DNA of 27,366 nucleotides from Catajapyx aquilonaris (taxonomy: Eukaryota). This document shows, piece by piece, positions 1 to 11,646 of the stretch (its first letter is position 1; each line of letters opens with the position of its first letter). The stretch lies in NCBI GenBank assembly GCA_000934665.2, contig KZ538266.1, forward strand, positions 62,001 through 89,366. The letters run 5' to 3'. The notes beneath the pieces were generated by a model. The model was not told the origin of the DNA and did no database searches. It saw only the letters and a program-made list of their open reading frames with translations. The translations under genes were made by a program, and so were the position numbers.

Positions 1-13
1 AAGAAGGCCACTT

Positions 14-521
14 TCAGGACGGCGTAACGACGTATCCCATGAGCATGGTCAGGACAAAGGCCGCGAAGGTCATGAGCTGCCACGGTGACCTCTTGCACGC
101 GTCGCAATTTTGCTGCACACCCACAAGGCAAAAGATGGTCAACTATTTTTTGTTCCATGATTCGGGAGCAATCTACCACTCACTTTGAGCCCCTTCTCAG
201 CTTCTTTGACCTTCAGCTCGACGCAAGGCGCCAGTTCCTTCAGCTTCTGGTCAGCTGCCACGTTCTGATGAACCCGGTTCAGGCAGTCGAACTGGACCTT
301 CTGTGCTCTGGAACAGGACTGGTCAGCAACAAAGAGTGGACAACAGAATTCGCTCCATACTCGCAGTCAATATCGCGCTTTTCTTTTTCATCCTTGATGG
401 AAGCCAGCTTGGCATGCTGGTCGTTGTACAAGTTTTGGCACACTATGACGTCAGTTTGCGCCATCACTTGGCGTCCCAGTTGCAGAGCCAAAAGTGTCGA
501 CAGGCACCACAACCTCATCAT
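14..521 (-). CDS. Gene A: 127 aa small secreted Cys-rich protein with GPI-anchor-like C-terminus (3 coding exons)
   Basis: Exons 521-361, 307-184 and 112-14 are joined by GT-AG introns (53 nt phase 2; 71 nt phase 0). Product: MMRLWCLSTLLALQLGRQVMAQTDVIVCQNLYNDQHAKLASIKDEKEKRDIDCE/AQKVQFDCLNRVHQNVAADQKLKELAPCVELKVKEAEKGLK/QNCDACKRSPWQLMTFAAFVLTMLMGYVVTPS*. It has a signal-like N-terminus and a hydrophobic tail with no cytoplasmic segment. The structure is corroborated by paralogue B. Confidence 0.88.
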
Positions 522-2398
522 TTTTGCATTCAGAGTAGCAGCGCTGACAAGTTCTATGCGACACAAGGACATCGTTAAACCCACATTCAGTACACACAGA
601 TTATTACTGTTCGCACACCTTTATTTGGGACCAGACAACTGCTTACATGGCCCGTGTCGCCACCTGCCAAAGTTACATTCAGTTCATGTTGTTACACTGA
701 TGCAGTCAACACTACACACTACCCAAGTTCTCCTAGAAATTATATCATTCCAGCCACTAGATAAGCTCCAATCAGGTCCACGTGCACTTATAGTGATTGA
801 TGTTCAAACTGATTTCTTTAAGTAAACAATCCGCCTGCATTTTTGGCGGATTGGGACAGTTGCGCCACTCTGCTGCGCATTGGTCAGGGATCCTCACACT
901 ATGTCATTTACGCGTTGTGACTAATAAATATATCGAGCGCCAGTGTCAAAATCTGTTGTAAAATCTTGCCCTAAATAACAAGTCACGCATTCTATGGCTG
1001 TGCGAAAAACCAGTCCCTAGTTGGTTTTTTTTTTGCGTATCCAGAGCAAAGATCTCGTGACAGTTTTCAATTTCCGGGTGAACGCGCCTAAAACGACTAG
1101 AAATATTGATTGTGTCTTCAAGCCTCGTCAAAATTATTCAGGCGGAAACATCAAGTCGGGTCTACTAGGCAATGAGGGCACATTTTAATGTCATTGTTGT
1201 GAAATGTTGGCCGGGCCATAAATAGTGCCACGCCCCCCCCGGCCAAAAATGATATGGTACAGGGTGATTGTGCTGTGGCGTTCTTATTTTTTTTCGTGAT
1301 AATTTACAGTATATGCCTACTTTTTCTAAATTATGTTGAATTCAAATTGCGGACAAGTATTTGTCCAATATTGTACTGTACCTTCTCCAGAAGTTCGGAC
1401 CCTGCATAAGTAATAACCATTCACTGATAGTATTTGCGATTTATTCAATTGGTCATTTATTGGTGAATAAATAACGTAAACACCGCAATTTTCAGTCACG
1501 TTTTTTTCTGGACCCTAATTGACGGTAGCCTAGTTGGACCCCTGACCAATAGCTTATTGCATGATACTTTGGCATGCAATCTCTCCATCAAGTGTCATGA
1601 TCGCAGTTCTTATTATTACGGAGCAATACCCCTTTCGAACTTTTGCACAATAATCATCAGATCGTCTTAAGTCCATTGCGTCAGAAAATAGATCCGGCTA
1701 TGCAGAGCCGGCTGCGTCATCAGTGTATGACTAATCAGGCTTTGATATCTCCCAGTTTTACTGCCTGTAAAACACTCGGTATCGGACAGTGTTCATGTCC
1801 GGCATACATTTTATGATCACAGCAATGGTTCGATTGCAAAATTCGTGACCCCAAAAGCATTTTTTTTTCAGGTTCAAGACTTGACGCACCATTTTTTTTT
1901 GTTTTGTTTTGTATCGATGCACAACACGACACACGGTTCTTCAAACAATTGTTCTACCAACATTTTCTAATTGCACGTACCGGTACACAGTGTATTATAG
2001 TTGTGGACGCAAAAGAGTCTTATGCGTCCTGCAGACTAGAGAGCCCCCCAGTATTCTGCCGTCGATATTTTCTCTCCCTCTGACGTAACACTAGTGCGAC
2101 TATTGGACCAGTGTTGCCAGATGACCCTCTGAAACTATCGAATCAGGTACGATTGCAAAATTTTGCATATTTGCGCTCACTTCAAACCAAGGTAGTCTAT
2201 ATACACTCAGGGGGTTTGAACAGGATGCAAAATGAGAAAACGAATGAAATGAAATGGAAGTTTATTTATATGGAAGGATTATTATGCATCGTGTATTTAA
2301 AACGTTGTACGAATCAAGCTGTGCCCAATAATATGACTGATTTATGTATGAACGATGCATGGTGAATGGTTGAATGCGTTGCGAGTACTGTGGTTTTT

Positions 2399-3209
2399 TT
2401 ATGTCGGAGCTGACAAGTATCCTACCAGTGTTGTCAGCAGGATTGGCAGCAGGACCAGAAGCGGCCACGATGACCTCCGACACGCGTCGCATTCGGCCTA
2501 ATACAAAAACATGAAATAGGTTAAGGTTGATGTAAGGCCACTATATAAGGTGCTTGATAAACTGAACCTGGTCTAGACCCGGCCCAGCTTACCACTGGAA
2601 ATCTAGTTCAAGACTTACCAGGAAGAGCTTTTTGGCTTCGTTGACCTTCAGCTCGACACAAGGCTTCAGATCTTTGACCGAGTTGTCATACACTCGGTCC
2701 AGACAATCCACCTGAACTTTCTGCGCCCTGGAAATTTGTGCAAAGCAAAGATGTATGGTGCAGAAGGTAAATTGCCACTTTGTTTAAAGTGCTTCTAAGG
2801 TGTGGCAGAAGGGAGCCATTAAGGATTAAAAAATATTTCGCAAAAGTATCCTTCGGGACACGCCCTCTGAGGGATCACTCCCTTTGAACTTAATCTTGGA
2901 TATACAGTGATTAAGGCTATCCTGCTTTACTACTGCAGCCTTCAGAAATGTTTCCTCGAAGTACTTATTAGTGCAAAGAACCTTTTGTTCTGACACAAAT
3001 TCTAGCTTTTAATATATGGATCCTTCAGTGTAACAATTGAAAAAACTTTCTTACTCGCAGTCGATCCTGTGCTTCTCCCTCTCGTCCCTGATGGAAGTTA
3101 GCTTTGCCTGCTGGTCATTGTACTGGTTGTAACACTCGATGACGTCCTTCTGACCCATGACCACTTGGTGCCCGCTCAGCATCACCAGAAGACACAACAC
3201 AGCCTTCAT
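2399..3209 (-). CDS. Gene B: 120 aa paralogue of gene A (3 coding exons)
   Basis: Exons 3209-3055, 2727-2619 and 2497-2399, with the same intron positions and phases as gene A. Product: MKAVLCLLVMLSGHQVVMGQKDVIECYNQYNDQQAKLTSIRDEREKHRIDCE/AQKVQVDCLDRVYDNSVKDLKPCVELKVNEAKKLFL/AECDACRRSSWPLLVLLPILLTTLVGYLSAPT*. AATAAA on minus at 2261-2266. This gene is absent from the ORF track. Confidence 0.9.
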
Positions 3210-5812
3210 CCTTTCGCTACTACGCCTCTGCCTCTCTCACCGATCCACTCAGTTCATCCAACCTACAACCAAAGAATAACCTTAAATTTAACTTTTATAT
3301 TATTAGACTAATAAATACCGTCCAATAAATTAATCACTAATACATAATTTTAAATGTATAATTTTTTTCTGAAAATTGCGAATATTGTACCAACAGTATG
3401 TAATAGGTTTAAGCCAAATTTATAGTTATTTTAATTCATTTTTTTTCTTGACGTAGACATTGAATCCAGCTCATTCACTTGTTAACCGAATCCATAGACA
3501 CTGGTTGATCGACATCGCACCTGCCGGGATCGCGTGCAACTTCATCTTGCAACCAGAGAACACTGTACGCGGCTGTTCACCCGAATGGCACTTCCCGCCT
3601 AAACTACTATTTTGTCTCATTAACCTGACTCGCAATGTTTAAAATGAGATAAATATAACCAGCGCACAATACCTTCAAAGCCGCCCTTTCTGTGCAGTCA
3701 GTACGACGGACCGGACAACGCAGTCATCTACCATCGACGGGCATGACCCAGCTCAGCATGACCTGCCAGAGGTTCACAATAAGTCATTTGCACTGCAGTG
3801 AGTCATTATCGTGCCAGCAAAATGCAAAACGGCGACGCCTCTGCCTTGCCAACCCCCATTGGATCGATCAGCTGCAATATATAACTGGTGACCCAAATTC
3901 AACCCAGCAAATTTTGAGAATTTTTGTTTAGTGTTTCACTACAACCTGATTGATTACGTCACTCTTTAGCACAATATGGTTGGCAAGCACAGCAGCCTTG
4001 CCTAGTTAGCACAATCTAATGCTATACAAGAGTGTATGGATATATGCAACGAACGTACCGGTTGGGTTGAACATCAGGAAGTTTTGGCTCCGAACAGGGT
4101 TTGGCCCCCTTTTCCGCCGTCGATACTTTCCCCTAGTGACGTCACCAGTCGACGACGACGAACCCCGCGTTGCCAGACGCCAAAACCATGTGTATATAAA
4201 AGCCAGACGCTTGCGCTTAACCCCAAGAACTGGTTCCTGAAAATAATGAACCTGCTTCGAATAATGGGGTACGTGGACATAGGACAGAGAAGAGGTTATA
4301 CTATATAAGAGGAAATTTGTGCGCATGTTTATTTAAATGAAACGTGCAAATATTTACATTACGGCAGAATTGAGCATTACGTCGTGGCGAGTCCACCAAT
4401 TTTATGCAATGTACAGAACAAATAGAGTTATGGTATATAAGACAGTACGTTGCGCATGATAAGCTCTTTTTCCCGGGAAGCCTATCGGTAGGTGATTGAA
4501 CGTTACTCCAGCAGATAGAGTCTAAAGTAAATTTAAATGTAGGACAATCAAGGTCTACTTTTCGATAACAAGTTAGTGGAAAAAGTCCTAACCCTATCCC
4601 AACCACTGGGAGAGCGGCACGATAAAAAGATATGGTATTAAACGTATAAAAATGCGTTGAATAATGCGTAATGAATTTACTAGCAAAATCAACAAACGAA
4701 CCATGACCAGAATGCATGGTACACTGTGTTAAATAGTGTACGGGTAAAATACACCTCGTCTGCACCATTCCTGAGCAAGAAAACAGACGTCACTAAAGAT
4801 GTTATCTGCATCAGTGATAGCGACTAAATGCGTAAGAAAATATGTCAATAAGGAACTAGATACATTTGGCTCACTTGAGAGTGTTTAATTCCAAGGAGAA
4901 ACTCAATCACATAAAGTAATTGATGATTCTCTCTGTGTATGTGTCTGTATGATTTGCAAAATCAATGTCTATAGTAACTACTGCAACAAAACGCATCTAC
5001 TATATTTTCTGCAAAAGAAATAATTATTACTGAACAAGATGCCATGATGTAAGTCATCATGAATAGGCCTACACTAAAATCCTGACCGGATACTAAGCAA
5101 AATATGCAAGGTTCGCTGTATCCAGGACACATTCCAGACATATTTCAATATGCTGTATTATGTGTTACAAGTCAGAATGATTGGATCCCACTTGTTATGT
5201 TAGTAACCAATAGTAGGTGCAAAGTAAGAAAACCCAGTAGCACCGTGCTGGACAAGTTATTATTGTCACTTTTTAGTTTGCCTAAACGTGAACATTGAAC
5301 TGCAATGAACCACCTTTCCTCATTATGTGACTCATGACCATAAAAGCCATGATCTCAAGCGATGATGTACTGTCATTAGATAAAAATTCATTATATTCAT
5401 CTTCCGGTAAACTTCCTCTTCGTACTTTTGACCCATATGCACGATAATAATCTTGCATATCAATAACGTCATAGGGAGGCACTTATCTCAGGACAGTGCT
5501 TATAACGACGCCTAGGTGACCTGCCGACAACTGATTGAGGCCATGGTAGCGAAAAAAAATCTCTCCTTGAACCGATAATAGTAAAGTTCACATTTAGTCT
5601 CGGGTGAAAGGTGAAACATACAATATGAAAGAACAGTTTCAATATTTTGCGCAATTATACAATTTCTTCGATCATCACACCTGCTCTTACCAAAAGGAGA
5701 CTGCCAGTGTAACAATATGTACTGTACATCTTTTTATTCCTAGAATATTTGAAACTTACTCGCTTAAAAATATTGGTAGACCTGACAACACTGGACGACA
5801 AATTGAGCCCTT

Positions 5813-8800
5813 TCAGTAGATTTGAAATAGGTACGGCAGCAGAGAAGCCACTATGGGTAATATTAATTGGTCCAGCGAGTTGGTCGGACGGGCAGCAAGG
5901 CCGAAGCACGATTCGCACATGTCTCCGAACACGTACGAACCCACCGTCATGTTGTACATAGTGTCGAACATGTCCGCAGCATCGCTTCCGCAGTGGTTCT
6001 CGATTGTGTACACGAAGCACAGAGCAGTCTTTCTCTGAAAACTAATCACAATTGTTAGTGACTTGTTGAGGCAGAATTTTTGACACATTTTTGAGCCAGT
6101 GGTCATCCTCACCAGCATATTTCGTAGAAAAGGTCCTCCGGAGACTGCAGTTCGTCTGGCCTGGCGAACGCCAGAGGCATGAAGGGTCTTGCATCGTAAT
6201 CGTCAGTGAGCATGTCCATGCAATCGTGGGCCTTGCCTGTCAGAAACGTCCTCAGGCACTCAGCATTGGCCATGAACCCTGAGAGAAATCAGTTCAAAAT
6301 AACATGTGCTGTCAAGAAACGAGGATGGAAAACCCAAAATGACTCACTGTATCTGAACTCCGGGTCGTCGCAGAGCAACAAGATGAAGTTAATGGGAGCG
6401 GAGGACATGTGGTAGAGCAACTTGGTGTACTTGGCGTCCATCGTGTCCTGATCGTTCAAGATGCAGCGCTCCAGTCTCTTGACATGAGGCACCAGGTTCC
6501 TCTTCAGGTGCCTGCATCGCAAAAAGACATATTAAATGTAATGAATTTATGAGTTCCCATGTTTGCGTTCACCTGCATCTGAGCTCGAGGGCCTTGGAAG
6601 TGATTGCCATCTCGAGGCCCCCGAAGGTCAAGTACTTCTCGATGAGCTTGGCTTCTCTTTGCAGCAATTTCTGGTCGCACTTCGGCGCTCCTGATGACAT
6701 GCTCACTGTGAATTTAAAAATAACATCAATTTTTCAGTCAGTTAGAATTTACACAGTATCTTTGAGCACTTCGCAACCTGCTGGACACAACAATCAGGGA
6801 AGTCTTTGTTCATGAAGTTAGTCAACAATGTATGACTCATCTCTCTGAACATATAGGCAGTGTATTACCACCTCATCATACATCTACTGAATTTTGACGA
6901 GCTTAGCATGTGCAAATTTTACGAGCGTATGTTCAGTGTCTGACCCATTTATGAATATTTGTGGGTCACCAAATTGAGGTTACCTATACATGTTGTGAAA
7001 CTTTCAGGCATAAAATATCATGTCAGGCTGACTCGCTATCGAACTTTATGCCACCTACCATGCGCCCAGCTTTGATAAGATAATATGGCCACGTATATAG
7101 AGACACCTTTTTTTTGTCAGCCGAAGCACATCAGAGCCTGTTTTCACATTTTACTTTGGCATTATAAGAACAAACGCAATTATTGCACACGGATTTGTTG
7201 CTGATATCAAGTCCAGATTAACTGCAGAGATTTTTATTTGTTTCTTGCATAAAAATATCACCCATAATATTATTTCGACTCTCTCATGCATATATTTATA
7301 ATGACACAGTGCAAGTCAGTGATTAGATTTGCCCTTGATATTGTGACTTCCTATGATATATCATCTCCAAACTTAATGTGACATGTTTATGGCTGTCCGA
7401 TTTCAAAGACATTGATAAGCACTAAATCCCATACGAGAAGATTACAAAGCCGAAGGTGACTTGAGCTCTCTATTTACGTAAAAGCGCATTTGAACACGTA
7501 ATATCTGCATCCACACTTGCCCAGATATTAGTCATTGTCGAATCCCTGCGTCTCGTGTGCTTGGAGATGGTCGTCTCCAGCATATCATAAACTTGGGTCC
7601 ACACTACTTGTCACAAAACATATGTGACAGTCATATCCATTATTTAAAATGCATAATTTAAAAATGGCATATTTATGCTAGCATTAATATTAATAAAACG
7701 TCGAAATTTCAACAAATTCATTCGGTATGTCGTGAACCCGAGTCCCATTCACCGGTACAGCTCACCATATATACCATAAAGTCGTTAGGGAAACCCTTCA
7801 TAAAGATAACGTGATCAAATCACTCTCTGAAAAGCAACACGTTCACTCCTTTGATTTTCAAACATTTTGAGCCATATACTGACATGTCCTCTGCGTGCCA
7901 CTGGATTCGAACACATTGGGCAATCATGTACTGTACCTGGCCAGTGAGTAAGTGGCCAGGAATCTTCACATTAGGCTCAAGAACTACTTCTCTAAAGTGC
8001 TTGGTTTTTTCCCCCTTCAATTCGTTCCCTGGCCTTATCTCGATGCTACAGGCAGAGCTACCATGGCTGCCCTTATCTCCATCCGATTACCAAGCTGGGC
8101 TGAAATACAGGGCACAGAGCCTTAAAGATGTATGTAACAGGCCATGAGTACTGTACCTCGAGTGGTGAATCCCCGATCTCTCTTTAATTCGAGCAGTACT
8201 CTATATGCAATTCTCACTTATCTTACACTTGAGTCATGCTCTCTAAAACGCTGTTCATGTTTCAAACTGTGATGATAGTGTATGCACTTCTAGCTTGAGG
8301 AAAACTTAATTGTTTTAAAAAATACAATCATAATTATATGCTTAAAGAACTTGAAACGGGCCAAAAACTATTTAATTATTATTTATCTTGTAAAATTTTA
8401 CACTCCCTTTCGACGGATAAAAGGCGTAGGCAGGACACATCGTCGCTTGAGTATTATTCTGTAATATCTGACTTTTTTGGCGAAAATGCCTTAAGTGCGC
8501 CGTCATAATAATCAGTCAGGAGGTTATGTACCTCGCCGTATATTCATATTTGACAATTTCGAGTTACAACCATTGTTAGAGGCAAAATTAATTTGTCGTA
8601 TGTGCAAAATCAGTGATGGAGTGAGTATTATTTTGTCGTAATTGATCCCGCCCATTACACTGTCTGGGCAACACCAAAAAACTTATGAAATGAAAATAGC
8701 AAATCGTGACTAATTTTGAGGTGCTGAATACGAAAATGACAATAAAATTTGTCGATTGGCTCTAGTTTATGAGATACAGAGATGGTCACATGTGGCCATT

Positions 8801-10691
8801 TATACCCACGACATGCAAGGGAACATCGCGAATTTCTATATGTCAAGTTCAAGTCCAAAATGTGTTTTTCTAGTTCCTTATCTGCTAGGAAGAAAGCATC
8901 TTTCCAGAAGCACACCTGTTTTTCATAAAGGAAAAGAATGAACCTGTCATATTCATCACAGTATAAACGCGTAGAATAATGTGTTCTCGATTATGGAATG
9001 TCATTTATTTGCTCAGCCTTCACGACTTATCACCACATCATTCTGCCAAATGCCTGGATATGAATTTAATAATTCTATTGCATTTACAGCTAAAGACACA
9101 CGAAATAGCAGCTCAATGCATTATTTACGCACTTTTAGGTTCAACATATACCATCGAGAGAAGGAATAATCTCCATCAACTCAAATCTTTAACTCGACAT
9201 CAGATACACGTATGTAGAAGTGGCGCCCTGTCAATAATAATCCATGACATCCCTTGAGGATCTGAAGTGTTGTTTCTGATTCGCAGTCCGATAAGTTCGC
9301 GGCATACTGAATATCAAGACGTTTTTTTGCACCCAGAAAGTATCTCTGCTGCGTGCATGCATATGATGTGACACAATCCACGTTGTGACACTCACTCAGC
9401 CTTGCAGATAATAAAGGTTATGGACATGTTTGTTCAAGGGAAGATATGTACACCCACACTGTACTTCAAATCTGATCAATTTCATAACAGCGGCTCTCAG
9501 TTGGCCAAGGTCTCAATCAGTTACATCACAAGGAATGTAACAAGAACATTTCACCTGAGTGACTGTACAGACAAAATTTATTCAGTGAAATTAATTTTTC
9601 AGAAGGTTATTATTGACAGTCACACTTTTATATGGTGCTGCAGCGCGCAAGAACACAGTTCACCAAAGCAGTAGGAGACAAACCAGTATTTTTAAAGAAG
9701 CAACAATCGCTAGTGAATGTGACTCTGATTGTTGCTTCCAGGGAAAACAATCAGTAATTTTTTTCTGGTGTACGGTATGCTGCTCGAATGAATTAATATG
9801 CAGGGACATAAGTTAATGATAAATATCCCATGCAGCATGTGACGCAATGACTGCTGGTCAGTCTTCCGTGGAGTAGTAATTCGTGCTCAAGGAGACAGAA
9901 TTGATTTTCGTACGAGATCAAAAAGTTTCTGGGAAGACTCCAAGGAGTTCAATAAGTCTGAGGAGATTATCCAATAGCCCCTTTCTTAGAGTGACTCAGG
10001 GGCAAGCACGCAGAAAGAGACTTCAGTAAATGCAACGGGAATGTCCAATGCATCCAACAACTGCTGATGAATGAATAATTCACTTGCTCGAACAATTCTT
10101 CCGTGGGTTTAAAGTGAGATATCTAACGCAGTGTTTCCAAAGACATGTCGCATTGCTTCATTAGCTGGCGTCTGATAATTACACCCACCCTGGGTGTGAA
10201 GTCTAATTGACAGCAATTCATATCTTCTGAACCGTACTAAATGGCTTCACTCTAAGATAACAGGCACTTCTGAATTACAACATTTTTTGACACAATTTTC
10301 CTTGGTATTTAATTTATTGTGCATATGCATAACCTAGTTTAGTTTTGCTAATGGCATTGCTGTTCCACGGAAATTAGACCAATTGCGTCCAAAAAAGGGC
10401 GTGACACGTTTTTAAAAAAAAATCCCTAGCGAGTTGACATCACTTCGTACTTGGATTAGACACGTTCTCATTTTGGTGTCAGACGTCTGCGTCTGGTCTA
10501 CATAAAACTGCAAACATTTACATAATCGCGGGGAAAAAATGGGGGGTGGAGCCTAATCTGCAATAAGCAAAGAAGGGTTGATTGGCACGACCCTTTTGCA
10601 CCTATAGCCGTGCGACGTCACTCTCACCTGCCAGCAGTAGAAGGGCGCAGAAAAGCAGGCGCCGCCACGGCGTCGGCGACGTCGTCGTCAT
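5813..10691 (-). CDS. Gene C: 251 aa secreted 12-Cys protein with GPI-anchor-like tail (DUF19/DUF1397-like Cys pattern), 5 coding exons
   Basis: Exons 10691-10628 (MTTTSPTPWRRLLFCALLLLA), 6705-6573 (VSMSSGAPKCDQKLL...ALELRC), 6511-6348 (RHLKRNLV...LLLCDDPEFRY), 6278-6113 (RFMANAEC...FYEIC) and 6041-5813 (CFQRKTALCFVYTIENHCG...DMCESCFGLAARPTNSLDQLILPIVASLLPYLFQIY*). All introns are GT-AG, with phases 1,2,1,2 as in genes D/E. Cys spacing C-X33-C-X16-C-X30-C-X14-C-X11-C-X34-CC-X7-C-X8-C-X24-C-X2-C. AATAAA on minus at 5733-5738. Linking exon 1 across a 3.9 kb intron is inferred from phase and signal-peptide fit. Confidence 0.85.
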
Positions 10692-11646
10692 GGCGGCGGC
10701 CTCTCCCGCAGCCGCCGTTTGCAAGGCTGTCAGGCGACGGAGACCAAAACATCCCAACCCCACACCCAAACCCACCCACCTCAAAAAAAAGGAGAGGATC
10801 CAGACAGCTCATGCGCTCCGATTGCAATTTTGGGAGGAATTCCACAAGTTTTAGCCTCTCATTTCCATTATTGCAATAGTGGGAACTTGTGATTGATGAC
10901 GCAGCTCAAAGTCTGATCCAGACATTGATCTCGGTACAATGCGTGGGAGAAAATATCTGGAGTGATGGGTAGTGAAGGTCAATGAAGAATAACGCCAACT
11001 TGTCGCCTTGCTGGATAATTTTGAGTGTTTTTCTCACACTTGAAAACCCCCATGACTTTGTGTTTCCTACACCAATCTGTGTCGCTTCTCTGAAAGCAAT
11101 TTTTCGCCATTAAAATTTTTCATAATAAAAATGCGAATCCTTTTTTTTTGTAACTGGCAAGACTTTGACTTGTGACTAACATTCCTTCTCTCCAAAAGGA
11201 GCATTTGGCCAAATTAAAGCGACAATACAAATAAGAGAATTTATTACATGTCAATAAATCAGTATTGTATAAGCAAATTCCTATATTCTTAATCATGAGA
11301 AGAAAATGGACGTAAAAATTATTACATTGCGCCCCCATTATAGTATTTTCCATTTTTGACAATAATTTTGATCAGAGGAAAATGATCAAAATATTCATGA
11401 AAATTGTTGGCGTTTTTGTCCGCACAAACACATGCCTCCAATTGCGAAATACATTGAGTAACTCCATACAAAAGGCGCAACTACTTATTATGATTCGGTA
11501 CTGAATGACGCAGCAATTAGTATTTTTAAAATCCAAAACATGTGACTGTCGAATATCACCAAGGTTATGATGACCTATTTTGTGCTGACACTAACTTATT
11601 TAGATTCTCATTCTAAATTTTTCGGTGGTCAAAATTGGGAAGCACG

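Noticed and set aside
85..825. 246 aa plus-strand ORF
   Set aside because: Antisense to gene A, whose spliced minus-strand model is supported by paralogue B. It has no recognisable motifs.
827..853. Hairpin CAATCCGCC-N9-GGCGGATTG; also CCGGCT/AGCCGG at 1694-1711, as possible Helitron ends or terminators
   Set aside because: Short stems without a correctly spaced CTRR end or a second copy. Intrinsic terminators do not apply to this eukaryotic DNA.
2109..2125. CAGTGTTGCCAGAT hAT-like terminus
   Set aside because: No matching opposite TIR or 8-bp TSD found.
2588..2618. Apparent 2-nt micro-exon (TTCCAG-TG-GTAAG) in intron 2 of gene B
   Set aside because: The upstream intron would be only 24 nt, and inclusion breaks the frame conserved with gene A.
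4301..4768. 155 aa minus-strand ORF and neighbouring short ORFs
   Set aside because: No recognisable domain, splice context or paralogue support; composition looks non-coding.
7820..8147. Overlapping 66 and 98 aa ORFs in intron 1 of gene C
   Set aside because: No motif, and no place for them in the exon structure conserved with D/E.
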